Assembly (NCBI GenBank): GCA_964016885.1
Contig: OZ024741.1
Location: 261,640,001-261,704,000, forward strand
Length of the DNA stretch: 64,000 bases
Source of the DNA: Eledone cirrhosa
Lineage: Eukaryota
Direction of reading: 5' to 3'
In this document: in pieces, positions 1 through 14,500 of the stretch
Numbering within the stretch: position 1 is the first letter of the stretch
Layout: every line of letters starts with the position of its first letter
Notes under the pieces: generated by a model
The model's input: only the letters and a program-made list of their open reading frames with translations
The model's database searches: none
Told to the model about the DNA's origin: nothing
Program-made: the position numbers and the translations under genes

Positions 1-1350
1 ACGTCACTTCCCTGAGGATGTCTGTCTGTGTGTGTGTCTGTGAGTTTGAATCCCTAAAATGCGAGAAGTACCCAACCGATTTTTTTCAAACTTTACATGT
101 GTATTACTTATGTTTCAGGGAGTGTTTGTTATGCACATAAAATTCAACCTTTTGATCTGGTGTTTCGACTTACGAGTGTTTCGACTTACGAGTGTTTCGA
201 CTTACGAGTGTTTTGACTTACGAGTGTTTTGACTTACGGTATTTCTGCTTACGAGTGTTTCGACTTACGAGTGTTCTGACCTACGAGTGTTCTGACTTAC
301 GAGTTTTTCGACTTACGAGTGTTTTGACTTACGGGTGTTTCGACTTGCGAGTGTTTCGAGTTACGAGTGTTTCGAGTTACGAGTGTTTCGACTTACGAGT
401 ATTTTGACTTACGAATGTTCTGACTTACGGGTGTTTCGGCTTCCGAGTGTTTCGACTTACGAGTGTTATAACTTGCGGGTCTTTCGATTTACGCGTGTTT
501 TGACTTACGGGCGTTTCGACTTAGGAGTGTTTCGACTACGAATGTTCCGACATACGAGTGTTTCGACTTACGAGTGTTTCGACTTACGAGTGTTCTGACT
601 TACGAGTGTTCCGGCTTACGAGTTTTTCGACTTACGAGTGTTTCGACTTACGAGTGTTTCGACTTACGAGTGTTTCGGCTTACGAGTGGTTTGACTTACG
701 AGTGTTCTGACTACGAGTGTTCTGACTTACGAGTGTTTCGGTTTATGAGTGTTTCGACTTACGAGTGTTTCGGCTTACGAGTGTTTCGACTTACGAGTGT
801 TTCGTCTTACGGGTGTTTCGACTTACGAGTGTTTCGTCTACGAGTGTTTCGACTTACGAGTGTTTCGGCTTACGAGTGTTTCGACATACGGATGTTTCGA
901 CTTACGGTGTTTCGGCTTACGAGTGTTTCGACTTACGAGTGTTCTGACTTACGAGTGTTCTGACTTATGAGTGTTCTGACTTACGAGTGTTCCGACTTAC
1001 GAGTGTTTCGGCTTACGAGTGTTTCGGCTTACGAGTGTTTCGACTTACGAGTGTTTCGACTTACGAGTGTTTCGACTTATGAGTGTTTTGAGTTACGGTG
1101 TTTCGGCTTACGAGTGTTTCGACTTACGAGTGTTTTGACTTACTGGTGTTTTGACATACGAGTGTTTCGATACGAGTGTTTCGACTTACGAGTGTTCTGA
1201 CTTACGAGTGTTCTGACTTACGAGTGTTCTGACTTACGAGTGATCTAACTTACGAGTGTTCTGACTTACGAGTGTTCTGACTTACGAGTGTTCTGACTTA
1301 CGAGTGTTTCGGCTCACGAGTGTTTCGGCTTACGAGTGTTTCGACTTACG

Positions 1351-1428
1351 AAAATAACAAATAGACGCGGTTTCAAATCTCTATGCTTTTCAAATTCAGT
1401 ACATTAATCTTTATTTATACGTTTCGCT
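1351..1428. repeat. ~78-bp AT-rich insert in the satellite; further copies start at 3169, 6182, 13055, 16068 and 23527
   Basis: AAAATAACAAATAGACGCGG...TATACGTTTCGC is nearly identical in all six copies. Confidence 0.95.
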
Positions 1429-4400
1429 TTACGAGTGTTTCGACTTACGAGTGTTTCGACTTACGAGTGTTTCGGCTTACGAGTGTTTTGACTTACGAGT
1501 GTTTTGACTTACATGTTTTTCGACTTACGCGTGTTTCGACTTACGAGTGTTTCGACTTGCGAGTGTTTCGACTACGGGTGTTTCGACTTACGAATGTTTT
1601 GACTTACGGATGTTTTGACTTACGGGTGTTTCGGCTTATGAGTGTTTCGACTTACGAGTGTTCTGACTTACGAGTGTTCTGACTTACGAGTGTTCCGACT
1701 TACGAGTGTTTCGACTTAAGAGTGTTTCGGATTACGAGTGCTTCGACTTACGAGTGTTTCGGCTAACGAGTGTTTCGACTTACGAGTGTTCTGACTACGA
1801 GTGTTCTGACTTACGGGTGTTCTGACTTACGAGTGTTCCGACTTACGAGTGTTCGGCTTTCGAGTGTTTCGACTTACGAGTGTTTCGGGTTACGAGTGTT
1901 TCGACTTACGAATGTTTTCGCTTACGAGTGTTTCCGCTTACGAGTGTTTCGACTTACGAGTGTTTCGACTTACGAGTGTTTTGACTTACGGTTGTTCGGC
2001 TTGCGAGTGTTTCGACATACGAGTGTTTTGACTTACGGGCGTTTCGACCTACGGGTGTTTCGACTTACGAGTGTTTCGACTTACGAGTGTTCTGACTTAC
2101 GAGTGTTCTGACTTGCGAGTGTTCCGACTTACGAGTGTTTCGGCTTACGAGTGTTTCGACTTACGAGTGTTTCGGCTTACGAGTGTTTCGACTTACGAGT
2201 GTTTTGACTTACGAATGTTTTGCCTTACGGGTGTTCCGGTTTACGAGTGTTTCGACTTACGAGTATTCTGACTTACGAGTGTTCCGACTTACGGGTGTTT
2301 CGACTTACGAGTGTTTCGACATACGAGTGTTCCGACCTATGAGGGTTTCGGCTTACTGGTGTTCCGACTTACGAGTATTTTCGGCTGACGAGTGTTTCGA
2401 GTTACGAGTGTTTTGACTTACGATTGTTTCGGCTTACGAGTGGTTTGACTTACGAGTGTTTCGGCTTACGAGTGGTTTGACTTACGAGTGTTCTGACTAC
2501 GAGTGTTCTGACTTACGAGTGTTTCGGCTTATGAGTGTTTCGACTTACGAGTGTTTCGGTTTATGAGTGTTTCGACTTACGAGTGTTTCGGCTTACGAGT
2601 GTTTCGACCTACGAGTGTTTCGACTTACGGGTGTTTCGACTTACGAGTGTTTCGTCTACGAGTGTTTCGACTTACGAGTGTTTCGGCTTACGAGTGTTTC
2701 GACATACGGGTGTTTCGACTTACGGTGTTTCGGCTTACGAGTGTTTCGACTTACGAGTGTTCTGACTTACGAGTGTTCTGACTTATGAGTGTTCTGACTT
2801 ACGAGTGTTCCGACTTACGAGTGTTTCGGCTTACGAGTGTTTCGGCTTACGAGTGTTTCGACTTACGAGTGTTTCGACTTACGAGTGTTTCGACTTATGA
2901 GTGTTTTGACTTACGGTGTTTCGGCTTACGAGTGTTTCGACTTACGAGTGTTTTGACTTACTGGTGTTTTGACATACGAGTGTTTCGATACGAGTGTTTC
3001 GACTTACGAGTGTTCTGACTTACGAGTGTTCTGACTTACGAGTGTTCTGACTTACGAGTGTTCTAACTTACGAGTGTTCTGACTTACGAGTGTTCTGACT
3101 TACGAGTGTTCCAACTTACGAGTGTTTCGGCTCACGAGTGTTTCGGCTTACGAGTGTTTCGACTTACGAAAATAACAAATAGACGCGGTTTCAAATCTCT
3201 ATGCTTTTCAAATTCAGTACATTAATCTTTATTTATACGTTTCGCTTTATGAGTGTTTCGACTTACGAGTGTTTCGACTTACGAGTGTTTCGGCTTACGA
3301 GTGTTTTGACTTACGAGTGTTTTGACTTACATGTGTTTCGACTTACGCGTGTTTCGACTTACGAGTGTTTCGACTTGCGAGTGTTTCGACTACGGGTGTT
3401 TCGACTTACGAATGTTTTGACTTACGGATGTTTTGACTTACGGGTGTTTCGGCTTACGAGTGTTTCGACTTACGAGTGTTCTGACTTACGAGTGTTCTGA
3501 CTTACGAGTGTTCCGACTTACGAGTGTTTCGACTTAAGAGTGTTTCGGATTACGAGTGCTTCGACTTACGAGTGTTTCGGCTAACGAGTGTTTCGACTTA
3601 CGAGTGTTCTGACTACGAGTGTTCTGACTTACGGATGTTCTGACTTACGAGTGTTCCGACTTACGAGTGTTTCGGCTTTCGAGTGTTTCGACTTACGAGT
3701 GTTTCGGGTTACGAGTGTTTCGACATACGAATGTTTTCGCTTACGAGTGTTTCCGCTTACGAGTGTTTCGACTTACGAGTGTTTCGGCTTGCGAGTGTTT
3801 CGACATACGAGTGTTTTGACTTACGGGCGTTTTGACTTACGGGTGTTTCGACTTACGAGTGTTTCCACTTACGAGTGTTCTGACTTACGAGTGTTCTGAC
3901 TTGCGAGTGTTCCGACTTACGAGTGTTTCGGCTTACGAGTGTTTCGACATACGAGTGTTTTGACTTACGGATGTTTCAACTTACGGGTGTTTCGACTTAC
4001 GAGTGTTTCGACTTACGAGTGTTCTGACTACGAGTGTTCTGACTTACGGGTGCTCTGACTTACGAGTGTTTCGACTTACGAGTGTTTCGACTTACGAGTG
4101 TTTCGGCTTACGAGTGTTTCGACTTACGAGTGTTTTGACTTACGAATGTTTTGCCTTACGGGTGTTCCGGTTTACGAGTGTTTCGACTTACGAGTATTCT
4201 GACTTACGAGTGTTCCGACTTACGGATGTTTCGACTTACGAGTGTTTCGACATACGAGTGTTCCGACCTATGAGGGTTTCGGCTTACTGGTGTTCCGACT
4301 TACGAGTATTTTCGGCTGACGAGTGTTTCGAGTTACGAGTGTTTTGACTTACGATTGTTTCGGCTTACGAGTGTTTCGGCTTACGAGTGTTTTGATTTAC

Positions 4401-7400
4401 GAGTGTTTTGACTTACGGGTGTTTCGACTTACGCGTGTTTCGACTTACGAGTGTTTCGACTTACGAGTGTTTCGGCTTATGAGTGTTTCGAATTACGAGT
4501 GTTTTGACTTACGGGTGTTTTGACATACGAGTGTTTCGGTACGAGTGTTCTGACTTACGAGTGTTCTGACTTACGAGTGTTCTGACTTACGAGTGTTCTG
4601 ACTAACGGGGTTCTGACTTACGAGTGTTGCGACTTACGAGTGTTTCGGCTATGAGTGTTTTGACTTACGTGTGTTTCGACTTACGGGTGTTTCGACTTAC
4701 GAGTGTTTCGACTTACGTGTGTTTCCGCTTACGAGTGTTTCGGCTTACGAGTGTTTCGAATTACGAGTGTTTTGGCTTACGAATGTTTTGACTTACGGGT
4801 GTTTCGGTGTACGAGTGTTTCGACTTAAGGATGTTTCGACTTACGAGTGTTTCGACTTACGAGTGTTTCGAGTTACGAGTGTTTCGACTTACGATTGTTT
4901 TGGCTTACGAATGTTTTGACTTACGGGTGTTTCGACTTACGGGTGTTTCGGCTTACGAGTGTTTCGACTTACGAGTGTTTTGACTTACGAGTGTTCTGGC
5001 TTACGAGTGTTCTGACTTACGAGTGTTCCGACTTACGAGTGTTTCGGCTTACGAGTGTTTCGGCTTACGAGTGTTTCGGCTTATGAGTGTTTTGACTTAC
5101 GAGTGTTCTGACTACGAGTGTTCTGACTTACGGGTGTTCTGACTTACGAGTGTTCCGACTTACGAGTGTTTCGGCTAATGAGTGTTTCGACTTACGGGCG
5201 TTTCGACTTACGGGTGTTTCGACTTACGAGTGTTTCGACTTACGGGTGTTTCGACTTACGAGTGTTTTGAATTACGATTGTTTCGGCTTACGAGTGTTTC
5301 GACTTACGAGTATTTCGACTTACGAGTTTTTTTACTTACGGTGTTTCGGCTTACGAGTGTTTCGACTTATGAGTGTTCTGATTTACGGATGTTTCGACAT
5401 ACGAGTGTTTCGACTTACGGTGTTTCGACTTACGAGTGTTTCGACTTACGAGTGTTTCGACTTACGGGTGTTTCGACTTACGAGTGTTTCGACTTACGAG
5501 TGTTTCGACATACGGGTGTTTCGGCTTACGAGTGTTTCGACTTACGAGTGTTCTGACTTACGAGTGTTCCGGCTTACGAGTTTTTCGACTTACGAGTGTT
5601 TCGACTTACGAGTGTTTCGGCTTACAAGTGTTTCGGCTTACGAGTGGTTTGACTTACGAGTGTTCTGACTACGAGTGTTCTGTCTTACGAGTGTTTCGAC
5701 TTACGAGTGTTTCGGCTTATGAGTGTTTCGACTTACGAGTGTTTCGGCTTACGAGTGTTTCGACTTACGAGTGTTTCGACTTACGGGTGTTTCGACTTAC
5801 GAGTGTTTCGACTACGAGTGTTCCGACTTACGAGTGTTTCGGCTTACGAGTGTTTCGGCTTAAGAGTGTTTCGACTTACGAGTGTTTCGACTTACGAGTG
5901 TTTCGACTTATGAGTGTTTTGACTTACGGTGTTTCGGCTTACGAGTGTTTCGACTTACGAGTGTTTTGACTTACTGGTGTTTTGACATACGAGTGTTTCG
6001 ATACGAGTGTTTCGTCTTACGAGTGTTCTGACTTACGAGTGTTCTGACTTACGAGTGTTCTGACTTACGAGTGTTCTAACTTACGAGTGTTCTGACTTAC
6101 GAGTGTTCTGACTTACGAGTGTTCCGACTTACGAGTGTTTCGGCTCACGAGTGTTTCGGCTTACGAGTGTTTCGACTTACGAAAATAACAAATAGACGCG
6201 GTTTCAAATCTCTATGCTTTTCAAATTCAGTACATTAATCTTTATTTATACGTTTCGCTTTACGAGTGTTTCGACTTACGAGTGTTTCGACTTACGAGTG
6301 TTTCGGCTTACGAGTGTTTTGACTTACGAGTGTTTTGACTTACATGTGTTTCGACTTACGCGTGTTTCGACTTACGAGTGTTTCGACTTGCGAGTGTTTC
6401 GACTACGGGTGTTTCGACTTACGAATGTTTTGACTTACGGATGTTTTGACTTACGGGTGTTTCGGCTAACGAGTGTTTCGACTTACGAGTGTTCTGACTA
6501 CGAGTGTTCTGACTTACGGGTGTTCTGACTTACGAGTGTTCCGACTTACGAGTGTTTCGGCTTTCGAGTGTTTCGGCTTACGAGTGTTTCGGGTTACGAG
6601 TGTTTCGACTTACGAATGTTTTCGCTTACGAGTGTTTCCGCTTACGAGTGTTTCGACTTACGAGTGTTTCGACTTACGAGTGTTTTGACTTACGGTTTTT
6701 CGGCTTGCGAGTGTTTCGACATACGAGTGTTTTGACTTACGGGCGTTTCGACTTACGGGTGTTTCGACTTACGAGTGTTTCGACTTACGAGTGTTCTGAC
6801 TTACGAGTGTTCTGACTTGCGAGTGTTCCGACTTACGAGTGTTTCGGCTTACGAGTGTTTCGACATACGAGTGTTTTGACTTACGGATGTTTCAACTTAC
6901 GGGTGTTTCGACTTACGAGTGTTTCGACTTACGAGTGTTCTGACTACGAGTGTTCTGACTTACGGGTGCTCTGACTTACGAGTGTTTCGACTTACGAGTG
7001 TTTCGACTTACGAGTGTTTCGGCTTACGAGTGTTTCGACTTACGAGTGTTTTGACTTACGAATGTTTTGCCTTACGGGTGTTCCGGTTTACGAGTGTTTC
7101 GACTTACGAGTATTCTGACTTACGAGTGTTCCGACTTACGGGTGTTTCGACTTACGAGTGTTTCGACATACGAGTGTTCCGACCTATGAGGGTTTCGGCT
7201 TACTGGTGTTCCGACTTACGAGTATTTTCGGCTGACGAGTGTTTCGAGTTACGAGTGTTTTGACTTACGATTGTTTCGGCTTACGAGTGTTTCGGCTTAC
7301 GAGTGTTTTGATTTACGAGTGTTTTGACTTACGGGTGTTTCGACTTACGCGTGTTTCGACTTACGAGTGTTTCGACTTACGAGTGTTTCGGCTTATGAGT

Positions 7401-10400
7401 GTTTCGAATTACGAGTGTTTTGACTTACGGGTGTTTTGACATACGAGTGTTTCGGTACGAGTGTTCTGACTTACGAGTGTTCTGACTTACGAGTGTTCTG
7501 ACTAACGGGTGTTCTGACTTACGAGTGTTGCGACTTACGAGTGTTTCGGCTATGAGTGTTTTGACTTACGTGTGTTTCGACTTACGGGTGTTTCGACTTA
7601 CGAGTGTTTCGACTTACGTGTGTTTCCGCTTACGAGTGTTTCGGCTTACGAGTGTTTCGAATTACGAGTGTTTTGGCTTACGAATGTTTTGACTTACGGG
7701 TGTTTCGGTGTACGAGTGTTTCGACTTAAGGATGTTTCGACTTACGAGTGTTTTGACTTACGAGTGTTCTGACTTACGAGTGTTCTGACTTACGAGTGTT
7801 CCGACTTACGAGTGTTCCGACTTACGAGTGTTTCGGCTTACGAGTGTTTCGGCTTACGAGTGTTTCGGCTTATGAGTGTTTTGACTTACGAGTGTTCTGA
7901 CTACGAGTGTTCTGACTTACGGGTGTTCTGACTTACGAGTGTTCCGACTTACGAGTGTTTCGGCTAATGAGTGTTTCGACTTACGGGCGTTTCGACTTAC
8001 GGGTGTTTCGACTTACGAGTGTTTCGACTTACGGGTGTTTCGACTTACGAGTGTTTTGAATTACGATTGTTTCGGCTTACGAGTGTTTCGACTTACGAGT
8101 ATTTCGACTTACGAGTTTTTTTACTTACGGTGTTTCGGCTTACGAGTGTTTCGACTTATGAGTGTTCTGATTTACGGATGTTTCGACATACGAGTGTTTT
8201 GACTTACGGTGTTTCGGCTTACGAGTGTTTCGACTTACGAGTGTTTCGACTTACGGGTGTTTCGACTTACGAGTGTTTCGACTTACGAGTGTTTCGACTT
8301 ACGGGTGTTTCGGCTTACGAGTGTTTCGACTTACGAGTGTTCTGACTTACGAGTGTTCCGGCTTACGATTTTTTCGACTTACGAGTGTTTCGACTTACGA
8401 GTGTTTCGGCTTACAAGTGTTTCGGCTTACGAGTGGTTTGACTTACGAGTGTTCTGACTACGAGTGTTCTGTCTTACGAGTGTTTCGACTTACGAGTGTT
8501 TCGGCTTATGAGTGTTTCGACTTACGAGTGTTTCGGCTTACGAGTGTTTCGACTTACGAGTGTTTCGACTTACGGGTGTTTCGACTTACGAGTGTTTCGA
8601 CTACGAGTGTTTCGACTTATGGGTGTTTCGACTTACGAGTGTTTTTACTTACGGTGTTTCGGCTTACGAGTGTTTCGACATACGAGTGTTTTGACTTACG
8701 GGTGTTTCGACTTACGAGTGTTTCGACTTACGAATGTTTTCACTTACGGGTGTTTCGGCTTACGAGTGTTTCGATTTATGAGTGTTTCGGCTTACGAGTG
8801 TTTCGACTTACTAATGTTTTTACTTACGAGTGTTTCGGCGTACGAGAGTTTTGACTTACGAGTGTTTCTACTTACGAGTGTTTCGACTTACGAGTGTTTT
8901 GACTTACGAATGTTTTGACTTACGGGTGTTTCGGCTTACGAGTGTTTCGACTTACGAGTCTTTCGGCTTACGAGTGTTTCGACTTACCAATGTTTTTACT
9001 TACGAGTGTTTCGGCGTACGAGTGTTTCGACTTACGAGTGTTTCGACTTACGGGTGTTTTGACTTACGGGTGTTTCGGCTTACGAGTATTTTTGGCTTAC
9101 GAGTGTTTCGACTTACGAGTGTTTTGACTTACGAGTGTTCTAATTTACGGATGTTTCGACATACGAGTGTTTTGACTTACGAGTGTTTCGACTTACGACT
9201 GTTTCGACTTACGAGTGTTTCGGCTTACGAGTGGTTTGACTTACGAGTGTTCTGACTACGAGTGTTTTGACTTACGAGTGTTTCGGCTTATGAGTGTTTC
9301 GACTTACGAGTGTTTCGGCTTATGAGTGTTTCGACTTACGAGTGTTTCGGTTTACGAGTGTTTCGACTTACGAGTGTTTCGACTTACGGGTGTTTCGACT
9401 TACGAGTGTTTCGACTACGAGTGTTTCGACTTACGAGTGTTTCGGCTTACGAGTGTTTCGACATACGGGTGTTTCGACTTACGATGTTTCGGCTTACGAG
9501 TGTTTCGACTTACGAGTGTTCTGACTTACGAGTGTTCTAATTTACGGATGTTTCGACATACGAGTGTTTTGACTTACGAGTGTTTCGACTTACGAGTGTT
9601 TCGACTTACGAGTGTTCCGACTTACGAGTGTTTCGGCTTACGAGTGTTTCGGCTTACGAGTGTTTCGACTTACGAGTGTTTCGACTTACGAGTGTTTCGA
9701 CTTACGAGTGTTTCGACTTACGAGTGTTTTGAGATACGGTGTTTCGGCTTACGAGTGTTTCGACTTACGAGTGTTTCGACTTACGAGTGTTTTGATATAC
9801 GGTGTTTCGGCTTACGAGTGTTTCGACATACGAGTGTTTTGACTTACGGGTGTTTCGACTTTCGGGTGTTTCGACTTAAGAGTGTTTCGACTTACGAGCG
9901 CTTCGACTTACGAGTGTTCTGACTTACCAGTGTTCCGACTTACGAGTGTTTCTGCTTACGAGTGTTTCGACTTACGAGTGTTTCGACTTACGAGTGTTTC
10001 GGCGTACGAGTGTTTTGACTTACGAGTGTTTCGACTTACGAGTGTTTTGACTTACGAGTGCTTTGACTTACGAATGTTTTGACTTACTTCGACTTACGAG
10101 TGATCTGACTTACGAGTGTTCCTACTTACGAGTGTTTCGACTTACGAGTGTTTCGACTTGCGAGTGTTTCGACTTACGAGTGTTTCGACTTACGAGTGTT
10201 CTGACTTACGAGTGTTCTGACTTACGAGTGTTCCGACTTACGAGTGTTTCGGCTTACGAGTGTTTCGACTTACGAGTGTTCAGGCTTACGCGTCTTTCGA
10301 CATACGAGTTTTTCGGCTTATGAGTGTTTCGACTTACGAGTGCTGCGGCTTACGAGTGTTTCGACTTACGAGTGTTCTGACTTACGAGTGTTCTGACTTA

Positions 10401-11533
10401 CGAATGTTCCGACTTACGAGTCTTTCGACTTACGAATGTTTTGGCTTACGAGTGTTTCGGCTTATGAGTGTTTCGACTTACGAGTGTTTCGACATACGAG
10501 TGTTTTGACTTACGGATGTTTCGACTTACGGGTGTTTCGACTTAAGAGTGTTTCGACTTACGAGCGCTTCGACTCACGAGTGTTCTGACTTACGAGTGTT
10601 CCGACTTACGAGTGTTTCGGCTTACGAGTGTTTCGACTTACGAGTGTTCCGGCTTACGCGTGTTTCGACTTACGAGTGTTTCGGCTTATGAGTGTTTCGA
10701 CTTACGAGTGCTTCGGCTTACGAGTGTTTCGACTTACGAGTGTTTCGGCTTACGAGTGTTTCGACTTACGAATGTTTTGGCTTACGAGTGTTTCGGCTTA
10801 GAGTGTTTCGACTTACGGGTGTTTCGACTTACGGGTGTTCCGACTTAAGAGTGATTCGACTTACGAGCGCTTCGACTTAGGAGTGTTCCGACTTACGAGT
10901 ATTTCTGCTTACGAGTGTTTCGACTTACGAATGTTTCGACTTACGAGTGTTTTGACTTACGGTTGTTTCGGCTTACGACTGTTTCGACTTACGAGTGTTT
11001 CGGCTTACGAATGTTTTGACTTACGAGTATTTCGGCTTACAAGTGTTTCGACGTACGACTGTTTTGACTTACGGTTGTTTCGGCTTACGACTGTTTCGAC
11101 TTACGAGTGTTTCGGCTTACGAGTGTTTCGGCTTACGAGTGTTTCGACTTACGAGTGTTTGGGCTTACGAGTGTTTCAGTGTTTCGGCTTACGTGTGTTT
11201 CGACTTACGAGTGTTTCGATTTACGTGTGTTTCGGCTTACGAGTGTTTCGGCTTACGAGTGTTTCGGCTTATTATATATAAACGTTTCTATTTCCATCGT
11301 TTTATCGTAAACGTTTATATATTTCCATCGTTATATCATAACGTTTATATTTCCGTCACTAATCTCTTTTTCTCCTTTTTCGTTTTAACATATATTTATT
11401 TCAAAGATTTCACCGTATAGATAACATATATATTTATACATGCATAAAAGACACACTGAGAGACGGTGAACATGTGGTGCCAAAAACATTTCTAATCCAA
11501 ATCTCAACAATATCAGTATATACACTAGATTTG

Positions 11534-11570
11534 CTAGCAGAAAACCGCCCACCGGGTGGTTTTCTGCTAG
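11534..11570 (+). terminator. Helitron 3'-terminal hairpin ending in CTAG (copies at 21356-21392 and 27823-27859)
   Basis: Perfect 13-bp inverted repeat plus an inner CCC/GGG stem. Confidence 0.75.
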
Positions 11571-14500
11571 TCTATATATATAAAACTGAGGATGTCTGTC
11601 TGTGTGTGAGTTTGAATCCCTAAAACTCGAGAACCACCCAACCGACTGTTTTCAAACTTTACACATGTAATACTTACGTTTCAGGGAGTGTTCTGAGCAA
11701 ACAATATTTCAAATTTTCAATGCCCTAGGGACCACATTAGGCGATTTAGCGATCTCTCTCTATAATTCTTAGTCTTTCTCTTTTTAGATAGATACATACA
11801 TATAACGTCGTGCCCTTATAATATCTGTCTGTATGTCTGGCTGTCTGCATTACGTCACTTCCCTGAGGATGTCTGTCTGTGTGTGTGTCTGTGAGTTTGA
11901 ATCCCTAAAATGCGAGAAGTACCCAACCGATTTTTTTCAAACTTTACATGTGTATTACTTATGTTTCAGGGAGTGTTTGTTATGCACATAAAATTCAACC
12001 TTTTGATCTGGTGTTTCGACTTACGAGTGTTACGAGTGTTCTGACTACGAGTGTTTCGACTTACGAGTGTTCTGACCTACGAGTGTTCTGACTTACGAGT
12101 TTTTCGACTTACGAGTGTTTTGACTTACGGGTGTTTCGACTTGCGAGTGTTTCGAGTTACGAGTGTTTCGAGTTACGAGTGTTTCTACTTACGAGTATTT
12201 TGACTTACGAATGTTCTGACTTACGGGTGTTTCGGCTTCCGAGTGTTTCGACTTACGAGTGTTATAACTTGCGGGTGTTTCGACTTACGCGTGTTTTGAC
12301 TTACGGGCGTTTCGACTTAGGAGTGTTTCGACTACGAATGTTCCGACATACGAGTGTTTCGACTTACGAGTGTTTCGACTTACGAGTGTTCTGACTTACG
12401 AGTGTTCCGACTTACGAGTGTTTCGGCTACGATTGTTTCGACTTACGAGTGTTTCGGTTTACGAGTGTTTCGACTTACGAGTGTTTCGACTTACGAGTGT
12501 TCCGACTTACGAGTGTTACGACTTACGAGTGTTCCGACTTACTAGTGTTTCGGCTTACGAGTGTTTCGACTTACGGGTGTTTCGGCTTACGAGTGTTTCG
12601 ACTTACGAGTGTTTCGACTTACGAGTGTTTTGACATACGGTGTTTCGGCTTACGAGCGTTTCGACATACGAGTGTTTTGACTTACGGGTGTTTCGACTTA
12701 AGAGTTTATCGACTTACGAGCGCTTCGACTTACGAGTGTTCTGACTTACGAGTGTTCCGTCTTACGAGTGTTTCTGCTTACGAGTGTTTCGACTTACGAG
12801 TGTTTCGACTTACGAGTGTTTCGACTTACGAATGTTTCGACTTACGGGTGTTTCGGCTTACGAGTGTTTCGACTTACGAGTGTTTCGACTTACGAATGTT
12901 TCGACTTACGGGTGTTTCGGCTTACAAGTGTTTCGACTTACGAGTGTTCTAACTTACGAGTGTTCTGACTTACGAGTGTTCTGACTTACGAGTGTTCCAA
13001 CTTACGAGTGTTTCGGCTCACGAGTGTTTCGGCTTACGAGTGTTTCGACTTACGAAAATAACAAATAGACGCGGTTTCAAATCTCTATGCTTTTCAAATT
13101 CAGTACATTAATCTTTATTTATACGTTTCGCTTTATGAGTGTTTCGACTTACGAGTGTTTCGACTTACGAGTGTTTCGGCTTACGAGTGTTTTGACTTAC
13201 GAGTGTTTTGACTTACATGTGTTTCGACTTACGCGTGTTTCGACTTACGAGTGTTTCGACTTGCGAGTGTTTCGACTACGGGTGTTTCGACTTACGAATG
13301 TTTTGACTTACGGATGTTTTGACTTACGGGTGTTTCGGCTTACGAGTGTTTCGACTTACGAGTGTTCTGACTTACGAGTGTTCTGACTTACGAGTGTTCC
13401 GACTTACGAGTGTTTCGACTTAAGAGTGTTTCGGATTACGAGTGCTTCGACTTACGAGTGTTTCGGCTAACGAGTGTTTCGACTTACGAGTGTTCTGACT
13501 ACGAGTGTTCTGACTTACGGATGTTCTGACTTACGAGTGTTCCGACTTACGAGTGTTTCGGCTTTCGAGTGTTTCGACTTACGAGTGTTTCGGGTTACGA
13601 GTGTTTCGACATACGAATGTTTTCGCTTACGAGTGTTTCCGCTTACGAGTGTTTCGACTTACGAGTGTTTCGGCTTGCGAGTGTTTCGACATACGAGTGT
13701 TTTGACTTACGGGCGTTTTGACTTACGGGTGTTTCGACTTACGAGTGTTTCCACTTACGAGTGTTCTGACTTACGAGTGTTCTGACTTGCGAGTGTTCCG
13801 ACTTACGAGTGTTTCGGCTTACGAGTGTTTCGACATACGAGTGTTTTGACTTACGGATGTTTCAACTTACGGGTGTTTCGACTTACGAGTGTTTCGACTT
13901 ACGAGTGTTCTGACTACGAGTGTTCTGACTTACGGGTGCTCTGACTTACGAGTGTTTCGACTTACGAGTGTTTCGACTTACGAGTGTTTCGGCTTACGAG
14001 TGTTTCGACTTACGAGTGTTTTGACTTACGAATGTTTTGCCTTACGGGTGTTCCGGTTTACGAGTGTTTCGACTTACGAGTATTCTGACTTACGAGTGTT
14101 CCGACTTACGGATGTTTCGACTTACGAGTGTTTCGACATACGAGTGTTCCGACCTATGAGGGTTTCGGCTTACTGGTGTTCCGACTTACGAGTATTTTCG
14201 GCTGACGAGTGTTTCGAGTTACGAGTGTTTTGACTTACGATTGTTTCGGCTTACGAGTGTTTCGGCTTACGAGTGTTTTGATTTACGAGTGTTTTGACTT
14301 ACGGGTGTTTCGACTTACGCGTGTTTCGACTTACGAGTGTTTCGACTTACGAGTGTTTCGGCTTATGAGTGTTTCGAATTACGAGTGTTTTGACTTACGG
14401 GTGTTTTGACATACGAGTGTTTCGGTACGAGTGTTCTGACTTACGAGTGTTCTGACTTACGAGTGTTCTGACTTACGAGTGTTCTGACTAACGGGGTTCT

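Larger units (their letters stand above)
1..11570 (+). mobile_element. Non-autonomous Helitron-like unit 1 (5' end upstream of window), carrying satellite
   Basis: Bases 1-160 match 11852-12010. The unit ends in hairpin CTAGCAGAAAACC-gcccaccgggt-GGTTTTCTGCTAG at 11534-11570. Confidence 0.75.
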
